Below are positions 1 through 10,074 of a stretch of 64,000 nt of DNA, in pieces. Position 1 is the first letter of the stretch; each line of letters begins with the position of its first letter. Made by a program: the position numbers and the translations under genes. Source of the DNA: Squalus acanthias (Eukaryota); NCBI GenBank assembly GCA_030390025.1, contig CM059433.1, positions 5,270,001 through 5,334,000 of the forward strand. Direction: 5' to 3'. The notes beneath the pieces are model-generated. The model did no database searches. It was not told the origin of the DNA and worked only from the letters and a program-made list of their open reading frames with translations.

Positions 1-280
1 GGGGGGAGTCGTGCATTGAGCAGTGTGTGAGGCTAGTGGTGCAGTTGGTAGGAGACGGCTTTTGAAGATGCATTCACTGACCTTGACCAGTGGTCTGAGG
101 TCATGAAGCTTCTTTGGGCACTGGAGCCAGGGGGTCGGGGCGACACTGCTGGCAGTGACGGCCTTGGTGGTCTGGTCCCACATCCTTCTTTCTGGAGGGC
201 TTCTTGCCCCTGTGGGTAGAGGGCCTCTCTTGCAGTGTTGACCCCCTGTTAAGCAACCTCCTTTCTCCTCTGGTTCACAA
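1..280 (-). mobile_element. Decayed Harbinger Myb/SANT-gene fragment (exon 1/intron boundary)
   Basis: Similar to 9437-9600 (gcattgagca.tgtgtgaggc.agtggtgcag...ttcactgaccttgacca), which lies in the Myb gene of the Harbinger at 4198-10065. Confidence 0.6.
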
Positions 281-757
281 CAACATGTTTTAAGTAAGCA
301 CAAGACTTCGTAGTGGAGTATACAGAAAAGGCTTTATTGCCACACAGTAAAGGTGACCGGTCTTTAACTGTATACAGAGAGTCGATATTCGGTTTCTGTA
401 TCTTTCGAGCACACTCTGACAAACTGTTGAAAACCGTGCTCTTTTATACAGCATATTTTGAATACAACAAAGGAAAATGTCAAATGACGTATCTATTTCC
501 CAAATCCTCTGGAAACAGACTATCTATGTAAACAGTTTGCAATTGTTCACCTCAGAACCATTTCCCTTAAACGAGACTTCCTGATGTAACATTTTCTAGC
601 CTCTTTGACCAGTTGTTATCTGTATCTAATGGACACCTACTGCCCATGTTTATCACCCTTAAACTAAACATGATGCGGAGATGCCGGTATTGGACTGGGG
701 TGGACAAAAATGAGAAGTCGCACACACCAGGTTATAGTCCAACAGATTTATTTAAAA

Positions 758-794
758 TTACAAGCTTTCGGAGCGCTGCTCCTTCGTCAGGTAA
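758..794 (-). ncRNA. Minimal type-I hammerhead ribozyme motif
   Basis: Minus strand reads TTAC-CTGACGA-A-GGAGC-AGC-GCTCC-GAAA-GC-TT-GTAA: catalytic core boxes, 5-bp stem II, stem I TTAC/GTAA. Confidence 0.75.
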
Positions 795-806
795 AGGTAC
801 AATCCT

Positions 807-844
807 TTACCTGACGAAGGGGAAACAGCTCCGAAAGCTTGTAA
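807..844 (+). ncRNA. Minimal hammerhead ribozyme motif, stem II mutated
   Basis: TTAC-CTGACGA-AGGGGAAACAGCTCC-GAAA-GC-TT-GTAA. Confidence 0.6.
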
Positions 845-1403
845 TTTTAAATAAATCTGTTGGACTATAACCTGGTGTTGTGCGACTTCTCATTTTTAAA
901 CTAAACAGTAACCATTCATGGGTGATGTCACCACTAACACTTATTCCCTTGACTCAATCACTTTACATTTCAGAAAACAAGCAACGCCTTCTCCTCACGA
1001 CACTTCAATGTCATCCTGTTTATATCTCGGAAAGCCTGACACTTCCAGGAAAACCTGTTGCTTTAAGATACAAAGTAGTTCGACTGTTAAACTTTTAACT
1101 GTCAGGATGTCCAACAACCCCCTGCGCAGAGCTGGAGTGCTGTGTGTGAGACCCTGGGTGCCTCGTCCCCGGCTTGCTGAGCCGTTTGTGTTAGCGCTGA
1201 AGCACTTTTCCCGGATTTTTAGGCGCGGAAGGGAATTCAGCTTTAAGAGCTGAAGACTCCCATTTGGGAATTCTTTTTAATGTTAATTTTTTTTCAGATG
1301 GCAGTTGAGCTGTAAGTCCTGAAAACTCCATATTTTAAATGATTTTTATTTTTATCATTTCAGAAGGCATTGCCCTTTTAAGAAAGAAAGAAAGAAAGAC
1401 TTA

Positions 1404-2103
1404 GGGGGAAAGATTCGGTTGATTTGCGCCTCACGTTAGCGCTCTAAGAGGGCACAAAGCAACTAGCGCCCGTGCACGGTGCCGCTAACGCCTCCCGCAA
1501 AATTCAGCGGGAGGTTAGCGGCGGCAGTAACCGTTAGCGCCCCGCTCGCACCCTGGCTGCGATCTTCGGTAGTGCCCCCTGAATTACCACCGGACGCTAT
1601 GTCCGACAGGGTCAGGGGGGCCTACCTGCGGCCGGGGCGGCGCTATTTAAAGTGAAGGTGCTGGGCGGCCATTTTTGTTGCTGGCCGCCTGCCAGCACCT
1701 GCCCGCTTTGCCGTCCCCGGCCTTCTGTGCAGCCCCCCCACGGAGTGCCGGCTGCGCTCCGTGAGCCCGGCACTTCTCTCGAGTGCCGGGCTCTTTTGCC
1801 GGCACTCCGATCCCTGGTGGCCCAGCTGGGCCCCGGGTTGTGCTGCGCTAGGCCCCTCCCCTTTAATAAGGGGAGGAAGGCCTGCAATACTGCGGCGCGA
1901 CGTGCCGCAGCGCCATGTAGCGTCGCGATATTCACTCGCAGCGCCCCAAGAGGGAGGCGGGGCGCTTCCAGTAGCACCCCGCCTCCCTCTTGGGGCGCTA
2001 CCAGTGAATTTCAGGCATGGGAGTGCTAACTTTTTCGGGGCGCTAAAAGGAGCGCCCCAGCAAAGTTAGCGCCCCAAAGGGGGCGCAACCCAATTTTTCC
2101 CCC
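1404..2103. mobile_element. Non-autonomous Harbinger/PIF-type MITE (700 bp, GC-rich)
   Basis: TIRs GGGGGAAAGATTCGGTTG / CAACCCAATTTTTCCCCC. TTA TSD at 1401-1403 and 2104-2106. Inserted into the tail of a SINE. Confidence 0.85.
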
Positions 2104-2106
2104 TTA

Positions 2107-2535
2107 CATTTATATAGCGCCTTTCACGACCACCGGACATCTCAAAGCGCTTTACAGCCAATGAAGTACTTTTTGAAGTGGAGTCACTGTTATAATGTGG
2201 GAAACGCGGCAGCTAATTTGCGCACAGCAAGCTCCCACAAACAGCAATGTGATAATGACCAGATCATCTGTTTTAGTGATGTTGATTGAGGGATAAATAT
2301 TGGCCAGGACAGCGGGGCTAACTCCCCTGCTCTTCTTTGAAATAATGCCGTGGAATATTTTACGTCCACCTGAGAGAGCAGACGGGGCCTCGGTTTAACG
2401 TCTCATCCGAAAGACGGCACCGCCGACAGTGCGGCACTCCCTCAGCACTGCACTGGAGCGTCAGCCTAGCTTTATGTGCTCAAGTCCTGGAGTGGGACTT
2501 GAACCCACGACCTTCTGACGCAGAGGCGAGAGTGC
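2107..2535 (-). mobile_element. tRNA-derived Deu-domain SINE (SacSINE1-like); (AGAA)n tail remnant at 1380-1400
   Basis: B-box GGTTCAAGTCC, Deu core GGATGAGACGTTAAACCGAGG and an L2-like tail on the minus strand. Confidence 0.85.
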
Positions 2536-2767
2536 ATGGCGAGTATGACAATGCATTGCCCTTTTAAACCTCGCTGCTTCTGGACGCCACATTGTGGCCT
2601 GATGCTGGGACAAATGCCACCAGAAGGGCATCACAGGGTGAGTTTAGTGCTGGGCTAATAATCATTAGTTCTCAGCACCACATTTTCAGTCCTGCCAGCA
2701 CCACCATTTTGGCCGGGCGTTAACCTGCGGCCGGGGTGGCGCCGGCAGCTCTCGTGTTGCACTCGAA

Positions 2768-3232
2768 TTTTTTTTTTTCATTAGTTTATGGGATGTGGGT
2801 GTCGCTGGCAAGGCCAGCATTTATTGCCCATCCCTAATTGCCCTTGAGAAGGTGGTGGTGAGCCGCCTTCTTGAACCGCTGCAGTCCGTATGGTGAAGGT
2901 GCTCCCACAGTGCTGTTAGGGAGGGAGTTCCAGGATTTTGACCCAGCGACGATGAAGGATCGGCGATATACTTCCAAGTCAGGATGGTGTGTGACTTGGA
3001 GGGGAACTTGGAGGTGGTGGTGTTCCCATGCGCCTGCTGCCCTTGTCCTTCTAGGTGGTAGAGGTCGTGGGTTTGGGATGTGCTGCCGAAGAAGCCTTGG
3101 CGAGTTGCTGCAGTGCATCTTGTAGATGGTACACACTGCAGCCACGGTGCGCCGGTGGTGGAGGGAGTGAATGTTTAAGGTGGTGGATGTTTAAGGTGGT
3201 GGATGTTTAAGGTGGTGAATGTTTAAGGTGGT
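2768..3232 (-). mobile_element. 3' fragment of a CR1/L2-group LINE, with a 16-bp tandem expansion at its truncation end
   Basis: Encodes ...VCTIYKMHCSNSPRLLRQH..., identical in family to 47740-49310. (TGTTTAAGGTGGTGGA) x~4 at 3172-3232. Confidence 0.8.
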
Positions 3233-3579
3233 AGCCCAATAACTTTTATGAATTGGTCGATTCCTTCCCCGCTAGTTTTAAAAACGAGCCGACGGTAGGA
3301 CCAATCCTGGGATTATTGTCACGAGAATCAGTCGGGTAAATTCTCACTTTCACCACGGGGTGGGAACACTGGTGGTGGACTGGCTTCAATGGAGAGCAGA
3401 CTCGGGCAGTGTGTGAAACGGGCGGCCGATCCGATATCGCCCGATTTACACCCGGTGGTGAAGGTTAACGTCTGCGCCATTAATGTTGTTTTACTCAGTT
3501 ATATGTCGAGGACGGACGACACGTGCAAGGTAAAAAGGAATTTATTTTTGGCTGACCGGGCTATCGCCGACCTTTGAGC

Positions 3580-3728
3580 TACAGGGGGGGTCAAGGGTTA
3601 TGGGGAGCGGGCAGGAAAGTGGAGTTGAGGCCAAGATCAGATCAGCCATGATCTCATTGAATGGCGGAACAGGCTCGAGGGGCCAAATGGCCGACTCCTG
3701 CTCTTATTTCTTATGTTCTTATGTTCTT
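3580..3728 (+). mobile_element. CR1 LINE 3' end fragment
   Basis: GYGERAG coding end, 3' UTR stem-loop region and (TTCTTATG)n tail. Confidence 0.75.
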
Positions 3729-5440
3729 TAGAACAGGGTCAATAGATAGAAGTGGTCTTTTCCAGTCCTGTGCAGTCCTATATTCCTATGTTTTGAAGGG
3801 GAAGAAGACATATTGTGGGGTGGGAGGGGGCGGGGGGAGTATATCTTGCGATGTGAGAACTATGACCTCTTGGAGCTTGCTTGATAGCCTTAGGGAGTCA
3901 GAGAGACGTTTCCCAGAGTCTTTCCTGAAATTGGCCACAGGCTTTTTCTTATTTTTGCTGCTCCCGAGAGTGGGTGCTAATAAGTGATCGGGGAGGGCAG
4001 AGTATGAAGTTGCACTGCCTGATTGATAGCAGGAGCATTAATAGTTCCGAGGGCCTTTATTCATTCCTCTTTTCATATCTTTGTATGAGTCACTGTGGCA
4101 CCATAAACTCATTTGCTTGTGCTCATTATGCAACAATGCCAATTACCTTCAAATCTAGGTGTAGCACGATAACAGGAATCATTTGTATTTATACAGTGGG
4201 CTAGAATTTCGGCACCACAGCGCTCGATTTTGGTGCGGGTGCGTCCCCTGCCGGTCGCCATTTTGGTGACGACGGTAGGGCGGGCGTTAGAAGTGTGCGC
4301 CGGAAATATGTAGAGTAGGCAGATTCATCCTCAACGCTGGAGCTAACGCCCTGTCTTCACCTCGCACAGCTGATCATGCGTTCAGCAGCAGCAAGGACAA
4401 ACCATCGCCGATATTTAAAGGGATCAGCAACCACGCTCAGGTTAGTTGCTGATTGATTTCTACTGGCTCTGTGTAGGTTTGTGGAAGTGTTTGGAGCTTT
4501 CTAGAGTTGTTTAAAGTTGGTGAGGTGATGGGGAGTGGTGCCGCAAGTGGAGAAGGCCTTGCTTCTGACTTCAGGCGTTCTGGTTAGACCACTTGCTCCC
4601 AGTCATGGGTGCTGTAGTTGTCACCCTCCTTTGGCCTGCAGCAGGACAGGGAGATGGAGCAGAGGCAGCAAAGAAGAGGACAAGCTCCTCCAGAAAAGGA
4701 GGAGGAGGAGGAAGAGGAAGAGCAGGAGGAAGGGAGGAGGCAACCAGCACATCCCGTCTCCGGCCGGGCTGTCCGTGGTCACCTCATTTGACTATGGTAC
4801 CCCAAATCCCCATTGTACAACAGCCACACACCTTACCATCCCTCTGTTACTGACCATCACAGAGTCCTCTTGGCCACAATGCTAAAATAAAAGCCACCTC
4901 CAACTTTATATATCAACCCATCCAATCTTACATAACAAAGTCAATTAATCACCCTTGCACATTCCCTTAGTGCCTGTTTTCAGTGTGCCTTTCCCTGTCC
5001 TCGAGTGCTCCTACGAAGTGCTACCCCAGTGACTGCAGCATGGCTGGTGGAAGGCTGCTGACTTGCAGCGGGGGAGACTGCAGATGGCCTTCCAGGATGA
5101 CCTCGAGCGGCTCTGGGCCTAGAAGGCCCGGCTGTAGCCTGCACCACCTCGGTATGGGCAGCAGCAGTCTGGGCTGGCTGGCTGACAGGCAACAACAAGG
5201 GCACTGGCGGAGTGGAAGTGGTGGGAGGATGAATGCTGTCATCCTGAGAGAGGACAGCGGGTTCCTGCTCCATGGAGCCACTGCCAGTCCCCCGGGGCAG
5301 CACCTCAGCAATCCTCGTAATCTATTGGAGGACAGATTGCTGAAATGCTGTGAGACTCTGCAAGCCCCTTTCCACACTGGTAAACGCAGCCACGATGGCA
5401 TCAGTCTGAGCTTGCGTGGCAGCAAGCTGAGCCTTCATGC

Positions 5441-5654
5441 TAGTGCTAGTAAGAGTACAGAGAACAGGATAGTTAGGCTAAATACGTGGCTTGAGCAGTG
5501 GTGTAAGAGGGAGGGTTTTAAATTTTTGAGGCATTGGGACCAGTTTTGTGGTAGGTGTGACCTATACAAAAGGGACGGTCTACACCTGTGCAAAGATGGA
5601 ACTGATGTTCTCGGGGTAAATTTTGATAAAGCAGTTCGGGAGCATTTAAACTAG
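5441..5654 (+). CDS. C-terminal part of CR1 ORF1 (SGNH esterase-like domain), 5'-truncated
   Basis: ...RLNTWLEQWCKREGFKFLRHWDQF...LYKRDGLHL...: DGLH motif typical of CR1 ORF1 esterase. The upstream part of the 4983 track ORF is antisense Harbinger sequence. Confidence 0.8.
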
Positions 5655-8596
5655 TATGGCAGGGGGCTAGAAACCCATGTAGTGAAATAGAGGAAAGTGA
5701 AAGGCAGACAGAAATAAATGGTAAAAAGGAGAGGAACAAAAAACAAAGGGCCAAACTAATTCATAAAAAATGTGAGCATAAAAAAAGCCTGAGGGTTTTA
5801 TACCTTAATGCGAGAAGCATCAGGAACAAGGTAGATGAATTAGCTGTGGAAATAGAGGTTAATAATTATGATCTAATTGGGATTACGGAAACATGGTTGC
5901 AGGGTGAGCAGGGCTGGGAGCTTAACATACAGGGGTATTCAGTATTTAGGAAGGATCGACAAAAAAGAAAGGGAGGAGGGGTAGCATTGCTGGTAAAAGA
6001 GGGGATAAATGCAATTGAAAGGAAGGATATTAACTCAGTTAATACAGAATCTATATGGGTGGAGCTAAGAAATAGCGAGGGGCGAAAAACATTAATAGGA
6101 GTGGTATATAGGCCTCCAAATAGTAAAATAGAGGTTGGGGAGGGCATCACGAGGGAAATTAGAGAAGCGTGCAATAAGAGCACAGCTGTCATCATAGGTG
6201 ACTTTAACTTACATATAGATTGGACTAGCCTAATCAGTAAAAATAATGAGGAGGAGGAATTCCTTGAGTGTTTAAGGGATGGTTATCTGGATCAATATGT
6301 CGAGGAACCAACTCGGGAACAGGCTATATTGGACTGGGTACTGTGCAATGAGAAGGGACTAATTAGTAATCTTGTTGTACGGGGACCCTTGGGTCAGAGC
6401 GATCATAACATGATCGATTTCTCACTCGAAATGGAGAGCGAAGAAATTGACTCAGAGACTCAGGTCCTGAATTTAAACAAGGGGAATTATGATGCCATTA
6501 GACGGGAACTGAGTAGGTCTGATTGGACAACGTTCCTGGGAGGACTGGAGGTAGATAAACAATGGCAAGCATTTAAAGATAGAATGACAAAATTGCAAAA
6601 ATTGTTTATACCAATCTGGCATAAAAGGAAATCTAAAAAGGTGACTCAACCGTGGATAACAGGGGAAATTAGAGACAGCATAAAATCCAAAGATAGGGCG
6701 TATAAAATAGCCAAAAAACGCGCCAGAGCGGAAGATTGGGAACAGTTTAAGATAGAGCAAAGGAGGGCAAAGGGCTTAATCAAGAAGGGCAAAATAGCTT
6801 ACGAAAGCAAGCTGGCGGAAAATATAAAAACTAACTCCAAAAGCTTTTATAAGTATATCAAGAGGAAAAGACTGGTGAAAACCAAAGTTGGTCCATTGCA
6901 GTCAGATACGGGGGAATATATAATGGGAAATAAGGAAATGGCAGACCAACTAAATGCATACTTTGGGTCAGTCTTTACGAAGGAAGACACAAAAAACCTC
7001 CCTGGGATATCGGGAAAAATAGGGACATTGGCAAAGGAGGAACTGACGCAAATCAATATCTCTAAGGATATGGTGTTAAGGAAGCTAAAGGGATTGAAGG
7101 CGGACAAATCCCCAGGGCCTGATAACATGCATCCTAGGGTACTGAAGGAGGTGGCCCTAGAGATAGCGGATGCACTAAGCATGATTTTTCAGAATTCATT
7201 AGACTCGGGAACAGTGCCCATGGATTGGAGGGTAGCTAACGTTACCCCACTATTCAAAAAGGGGGGTAGGGAAAAAGCAGGTAATTACAGACCTGTAAGC
7301 CTTACATCAGTTGTGGGCAAAATGCTGGAGTCCATCATTAAGGATGAAATAGCCGAGCACTTAGCAAATGGGGACAGGATAGGACAGAGTCAACATGGAT
7401 TTACAAAGGGTAAATCGTGCTTGACTAATCTATTGGAATTTTTTGAGGGAGTAACTGGTAAAATAGATGGGGGAGAGCCAGTAGATGTGGTGTACCTGGA
7501 CTTCCAAAAGGCCTTCGATAAGGTCCCACATAAAAGATTAGCATGGAAAATTGAAGCTCATGGGATAAAGGGGAAAGTATTGACGTGGATAGAGAACTGG
7601 CTGTCAGATAGAAAACAGAGAGTTGGAATAAACGGCTCATTTTCTGAATGGCAGGCAGTAACAAGTGGGGTACCACAGGGATCTGTCCTGGGTCCCCAGC
7701 TGTTCACAATTTATATTAATGACCTGGATCAGGGAGTCGAATGCAGCATTTCCAAATTTGCAGACGACACTAAACTAGGAGGGGGGGTGGGCTCAGAGGA
7801 GGAGACCAGGAAGCTCCAGAGCGATTTGGACAGACTGGGTGATTGGGCGGATAAATGGCAGATGCACTATAATGTGGACAAGTGCGAAGTTATCCACCTT
7901 GGGTGCAGGAACGGGAGGGCAAATTATTATTTAAATGGCAATAAATTGGGAGAGGGGGAAGTACAGAGAGACCTGGGTGTTCTTGTACACCAGTCACTGA
8001 AGGCGAGCATGCAGGTGCAACAGGCGGTCAAGAAGGCAAACGGTATGCTGGCCTTCATAGCAAAAGGGTTGGAATACAGGAACAGGGATACCTTGCTGCA
8101 GCTGTACAGGGCACTGGTGAGACCACACCTCGAGTACTGTGTACAGTTTTGGTCGCCTCATCTGAGGAAAGATGTTCTTGCCATGGAGGGGGTGCAGCGG
8201 CGATTCACCAGGCTGATACCAGGAATGGCGGGATTGACCTATGAGGAGAGACTATGTAGTTTAGGGATGTACACACTGGAGTTTAGAAGATTGAGAGGGG
8301 ACCTCATAGAAGTGTATAAAATTCTGACAGGTCTAGACAGATTAGATGCAGAAGGAATGTTTCCCTTGGCGGGTGAGAACAGAACTAGAGGACATAATTT
8401 AAGGATAAGGGCTAAACCATTTAGGACAGAAATGAGGGGGAATTTCTTCACTCAGAGAGTGGTGAACCTGTGGAACTCATTGCCACAGAGGGCAGTGTAC
8501 GCCAGCTCATTAAATATATTTAAGAGGGAATTAGATATATTTCTACAGGCAAAAGGGGTTAAGGGTTACGGAGAGAAGGCGGGGACGGGATACTGA
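5630..8596 (+). CDS. CR1 ORF2: APE endonuclease plus reverse transcriptase, uninterrupted (track ORF starts at GTG 5846; the frame is open from 5630)
   Basis: EN motifs YLNARS, ITETW, GGGVA, VYRPP, GDFN, LDW, SDHN. RT motifs KSPGPD, NYRPVSLTS, QHGF, LDFQKAFD, GVPQGSVLGP, FADD. No stop codons. Confidence 0.97.
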   Translation, partial: SSSGAFKLVWQGARNPCSEIEESERQTEINGKKERNKKQRAKLIHKKCEHKKSLRVLYLNARSIRNKVDELAVEIEVNNYDLIGITETWLQGEQGWELNIQGYSVFRKDRQKRKGGGVALLVKEGINAIERKDINSVNTESIWVELRNSEGRKTLIGVVYRPPNSKIEVGEGITREIREACNKSTAVIIGDFNLHIDWTSLISKNNEEEEFLECLRDGYLDQYVEEPTREQAILDWVLCNEKGLISNLVVRGPLGQSDHNMIDFSLEMESEEIDSETQVLNLNKGNYDAIRRELSRSDWTTFLGGLEVDKQWQAFKDRMTKLQKLFIPIWHKRKSKKVTQPWITGEIRDSIKSKDRAYKIAKKRARAEDWEQFKIEQRRAKGLIKKGKIAYESKLAENIKTNSKSFYKYIKRKRLVKTKVGPLQSDTGEYIMGNKEMADQLNAYFGSVFTKEDTKNLPGISGKIGTLAKEELTQINISKDMVLRKLKGLKADKSPGPDNMHPRVLKEVALEIADALSMIFQNSLDSGTVPMDWRVANVTPLFKKGGREKAGNYRPVSLTSVVGKMLESIIKDEIAEHLANGDRIGQSQHGFTKGKSCLTNLLEFFEGVTGKIDGGEPVDVVYLDFQKAFDKVPHKRLAWKIEAHGIKGKVLTWIENWLSDRKQRVGINGSFSEWQAVTSGVPQGSVLGPQLFTIYINDLDQGVECSISKFADDTKLGGGVGSEEETRKLQSDLDRLGDWADKWQMHYNVDKCEVIHLGCRNGRANYYLNGNKLGEGEVQRDLGVLVHQSLKASMQVQQAVKKANGMLAFIAKGLEYRNRDTLLQLYRALVRPHLEYCVQFWSPHLRKDVLAMEGVQRRFTRLIPGMAGLTYEERLCSLGMYTLEFRRLRGDLIEVYKILTGLDRLDAEGMFPLAGENRTRGHNLRIRAKPFRTEMRGNFFTQRVVNLWNSLPQRAVYASSLNIFKRELDIFLQAKGVKGYGEKAGTGY

Positions 8597-10074
8597 ATTG
8601 AAGGATCAGCCATGATCTCATTAAATGGCGGAGCAGGCTCGAAGGGCCGGATGGCCTACTCCTGCTCCTATCTTCTATGTATCTATGTATCTATGACAGA
8701 AGTCTGAGCTTCCACTGCAGCACTCAGACGTTGGGTGGCTTCCGCTTGTGCTACAATGGAAGCTGAGATATTGGCCATCAGATGCTGCATCATGGTTGGG
8801 TCCACAATGTGTGGTAATGGAGTTGGCCACCACTTCCATGCTGGAAATCATGGGTCCAAGCTCTGCCCAAAGCTTTCTGCAAGGTTGGTGCCGGACTCCT
8901 CCATGCTCCTTGACATTGCACTCAGGCTTTCTGGCAGGCCTGCCAATGCGCCAAGCATTTCATTGTGCAAACCCATCAGCGTCTTCTGTAGGCCGCCCCA
9001 TCGAAGTCCTCATCTGAGTCCTCTGCAGCAGAACTCGTGTGTGACCTCACCCTCCAGGGAGCTGGCACCTGCGCTACCCTTTCCCCCTGCAGCTGGCCAC
9101 GGGCTCAGCGATGGTCCTCCCAATAATGGCCAGCACCGTCCCCTCCATCGGGGTAAGGTTAGCAGGAGTACCTGTCCCCCGCCGGTTAGGTCCTGCTGCC
9201 TCCAGCTGTGAGCAACCTTCTCCTGCAAGAGAAAGGGAAGTGTGTCAGTGAGTGCGGTGCAATGTGTTTGGGTGATGTGCCTGTCATGGTTGAATAGCTG
9301 ACAGTGTGTTCAAGCTGTGAGATGTGGGTGTGAGGCTTGCAGCAGTGGTAAGTGTGTGCGTGTGAGGTGAAGCTATGAATGTGAGGTATGAGTTGTGTTT
9401 GGTAGAGATTGTTGGTAGGTGAGTGATGGGGGTATGGTGCATTGAGCAATGTGTGAGGCCAGTGGTGCAGATGGTGGGATATGGCATTTGAAGATAAATT
9501 CACTGACCTTGACCACTCGTGTGAGGCCATTAAACTTCTTCCTGCACGGCATCCAGGTCCTCGGGGTGACACTGCTGGCGTTCACCACAACGGCTATCTG
9601 CTCCCATTGCCTTTTCTGCAATAGCCTGGAGGGCCTCCTGGACCCCTGTGGAAACAGGACCTCTCTCCTCCTGTGCCAAGGCCTCCAGTGTTGCATCCGA
9701 GAACCTTGGACCACACTCTCTCCCCTGTTGTGACATCAGTACTACTTCTTCCTGCTCACACTCTGTTCCCTAGCTAGTTGAATCACCTGCTGCAGCCAGA
9801 ATGCACCTCCCCTTTAAGAGGTGCAGACTGCCTTTAAGAAGTGCAGGCTTGCTTTAATTGGTGCTAGCCTTGCATGAACTTGGACCCCCTGCTGAGCGTG
9901 CAGCCACTCAGCAGCGCTGTTCAGCACTGGGCTGCACGCCACAATCATGTTCATCAGCAGACAGCACAAAGTTACCGTGCTGCCGGCATTACTTTGAACG
10001 GGGGTGGGTTGATCCCACATCACGATCCCCGCACCCGTTTTCTTGGGCAAACGAATTTCTAGCCAAGTGCCTTT

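Larger units (their letters stand above)
671..897. mobile_element. Penelope-like element, short inverted pLTR pair (~95-bp arms)
   Basis: Arms ~706-797 and ~805-897 are reverse complements. TSD (T)AAACTAAACA at 660-670 and 897-907. Same family as 48452-49158, which carries a GIY-YIG C-terminus. Confidence 0.85.
286..1114 (-). mobile_element. Possible solo LTR, interrupted by a Penelope insertion
   Basis: TGTT...AACA ends. Minus-strand TATAAAA (~442-448) lies upstream of AATAAA (~333-338). No clean TSD found. Confidence 0.3.
5414..8695 (+). mobile_element. Young 5'-truncated CR1 LINE (end of ORF1, complete ORF2, 3' UTR)
   Basis: AGTCTGAGCTT duplicated at 5403-5413 and 8701-8711. (CTATGTAT)n tail. 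The flanks rejoin into continuous Harbinger sequence. Confidence 0.95.
4198..10065. mobile_element. Harbinger transposon with transposase core deleted and decayed Myb/SANT gene on the minus strand; interrupted by a CR1
   Basis: TIRs GGGCTAGAATTTCG / CGAATTTCTAGCC, possible AGT 3-bp duplication. Minus strand 9500-9736 encodes PRFSDATLEALA...KRQWEQIAVVVNA...RTWMPCRKKFNGLTRVVK. Collinear with 54950-60361. Confidence 0.8.

Noticed and set aside
1612..2069. Overlapping 100-125 aa ORFs in GC-rich MITEs (also 32868-33298)
   Set aside because: Stop-poor GC-rich non-coding transposon sequence; frames are not conserved between copies.
4983..5413. N-terminal part of the 223-aa ORF as CR1 ORF1
   Set aside because: It is antisense Harbinger Myb-gene sequence upstream of the CR1 insertion point; the fusion is accidental.
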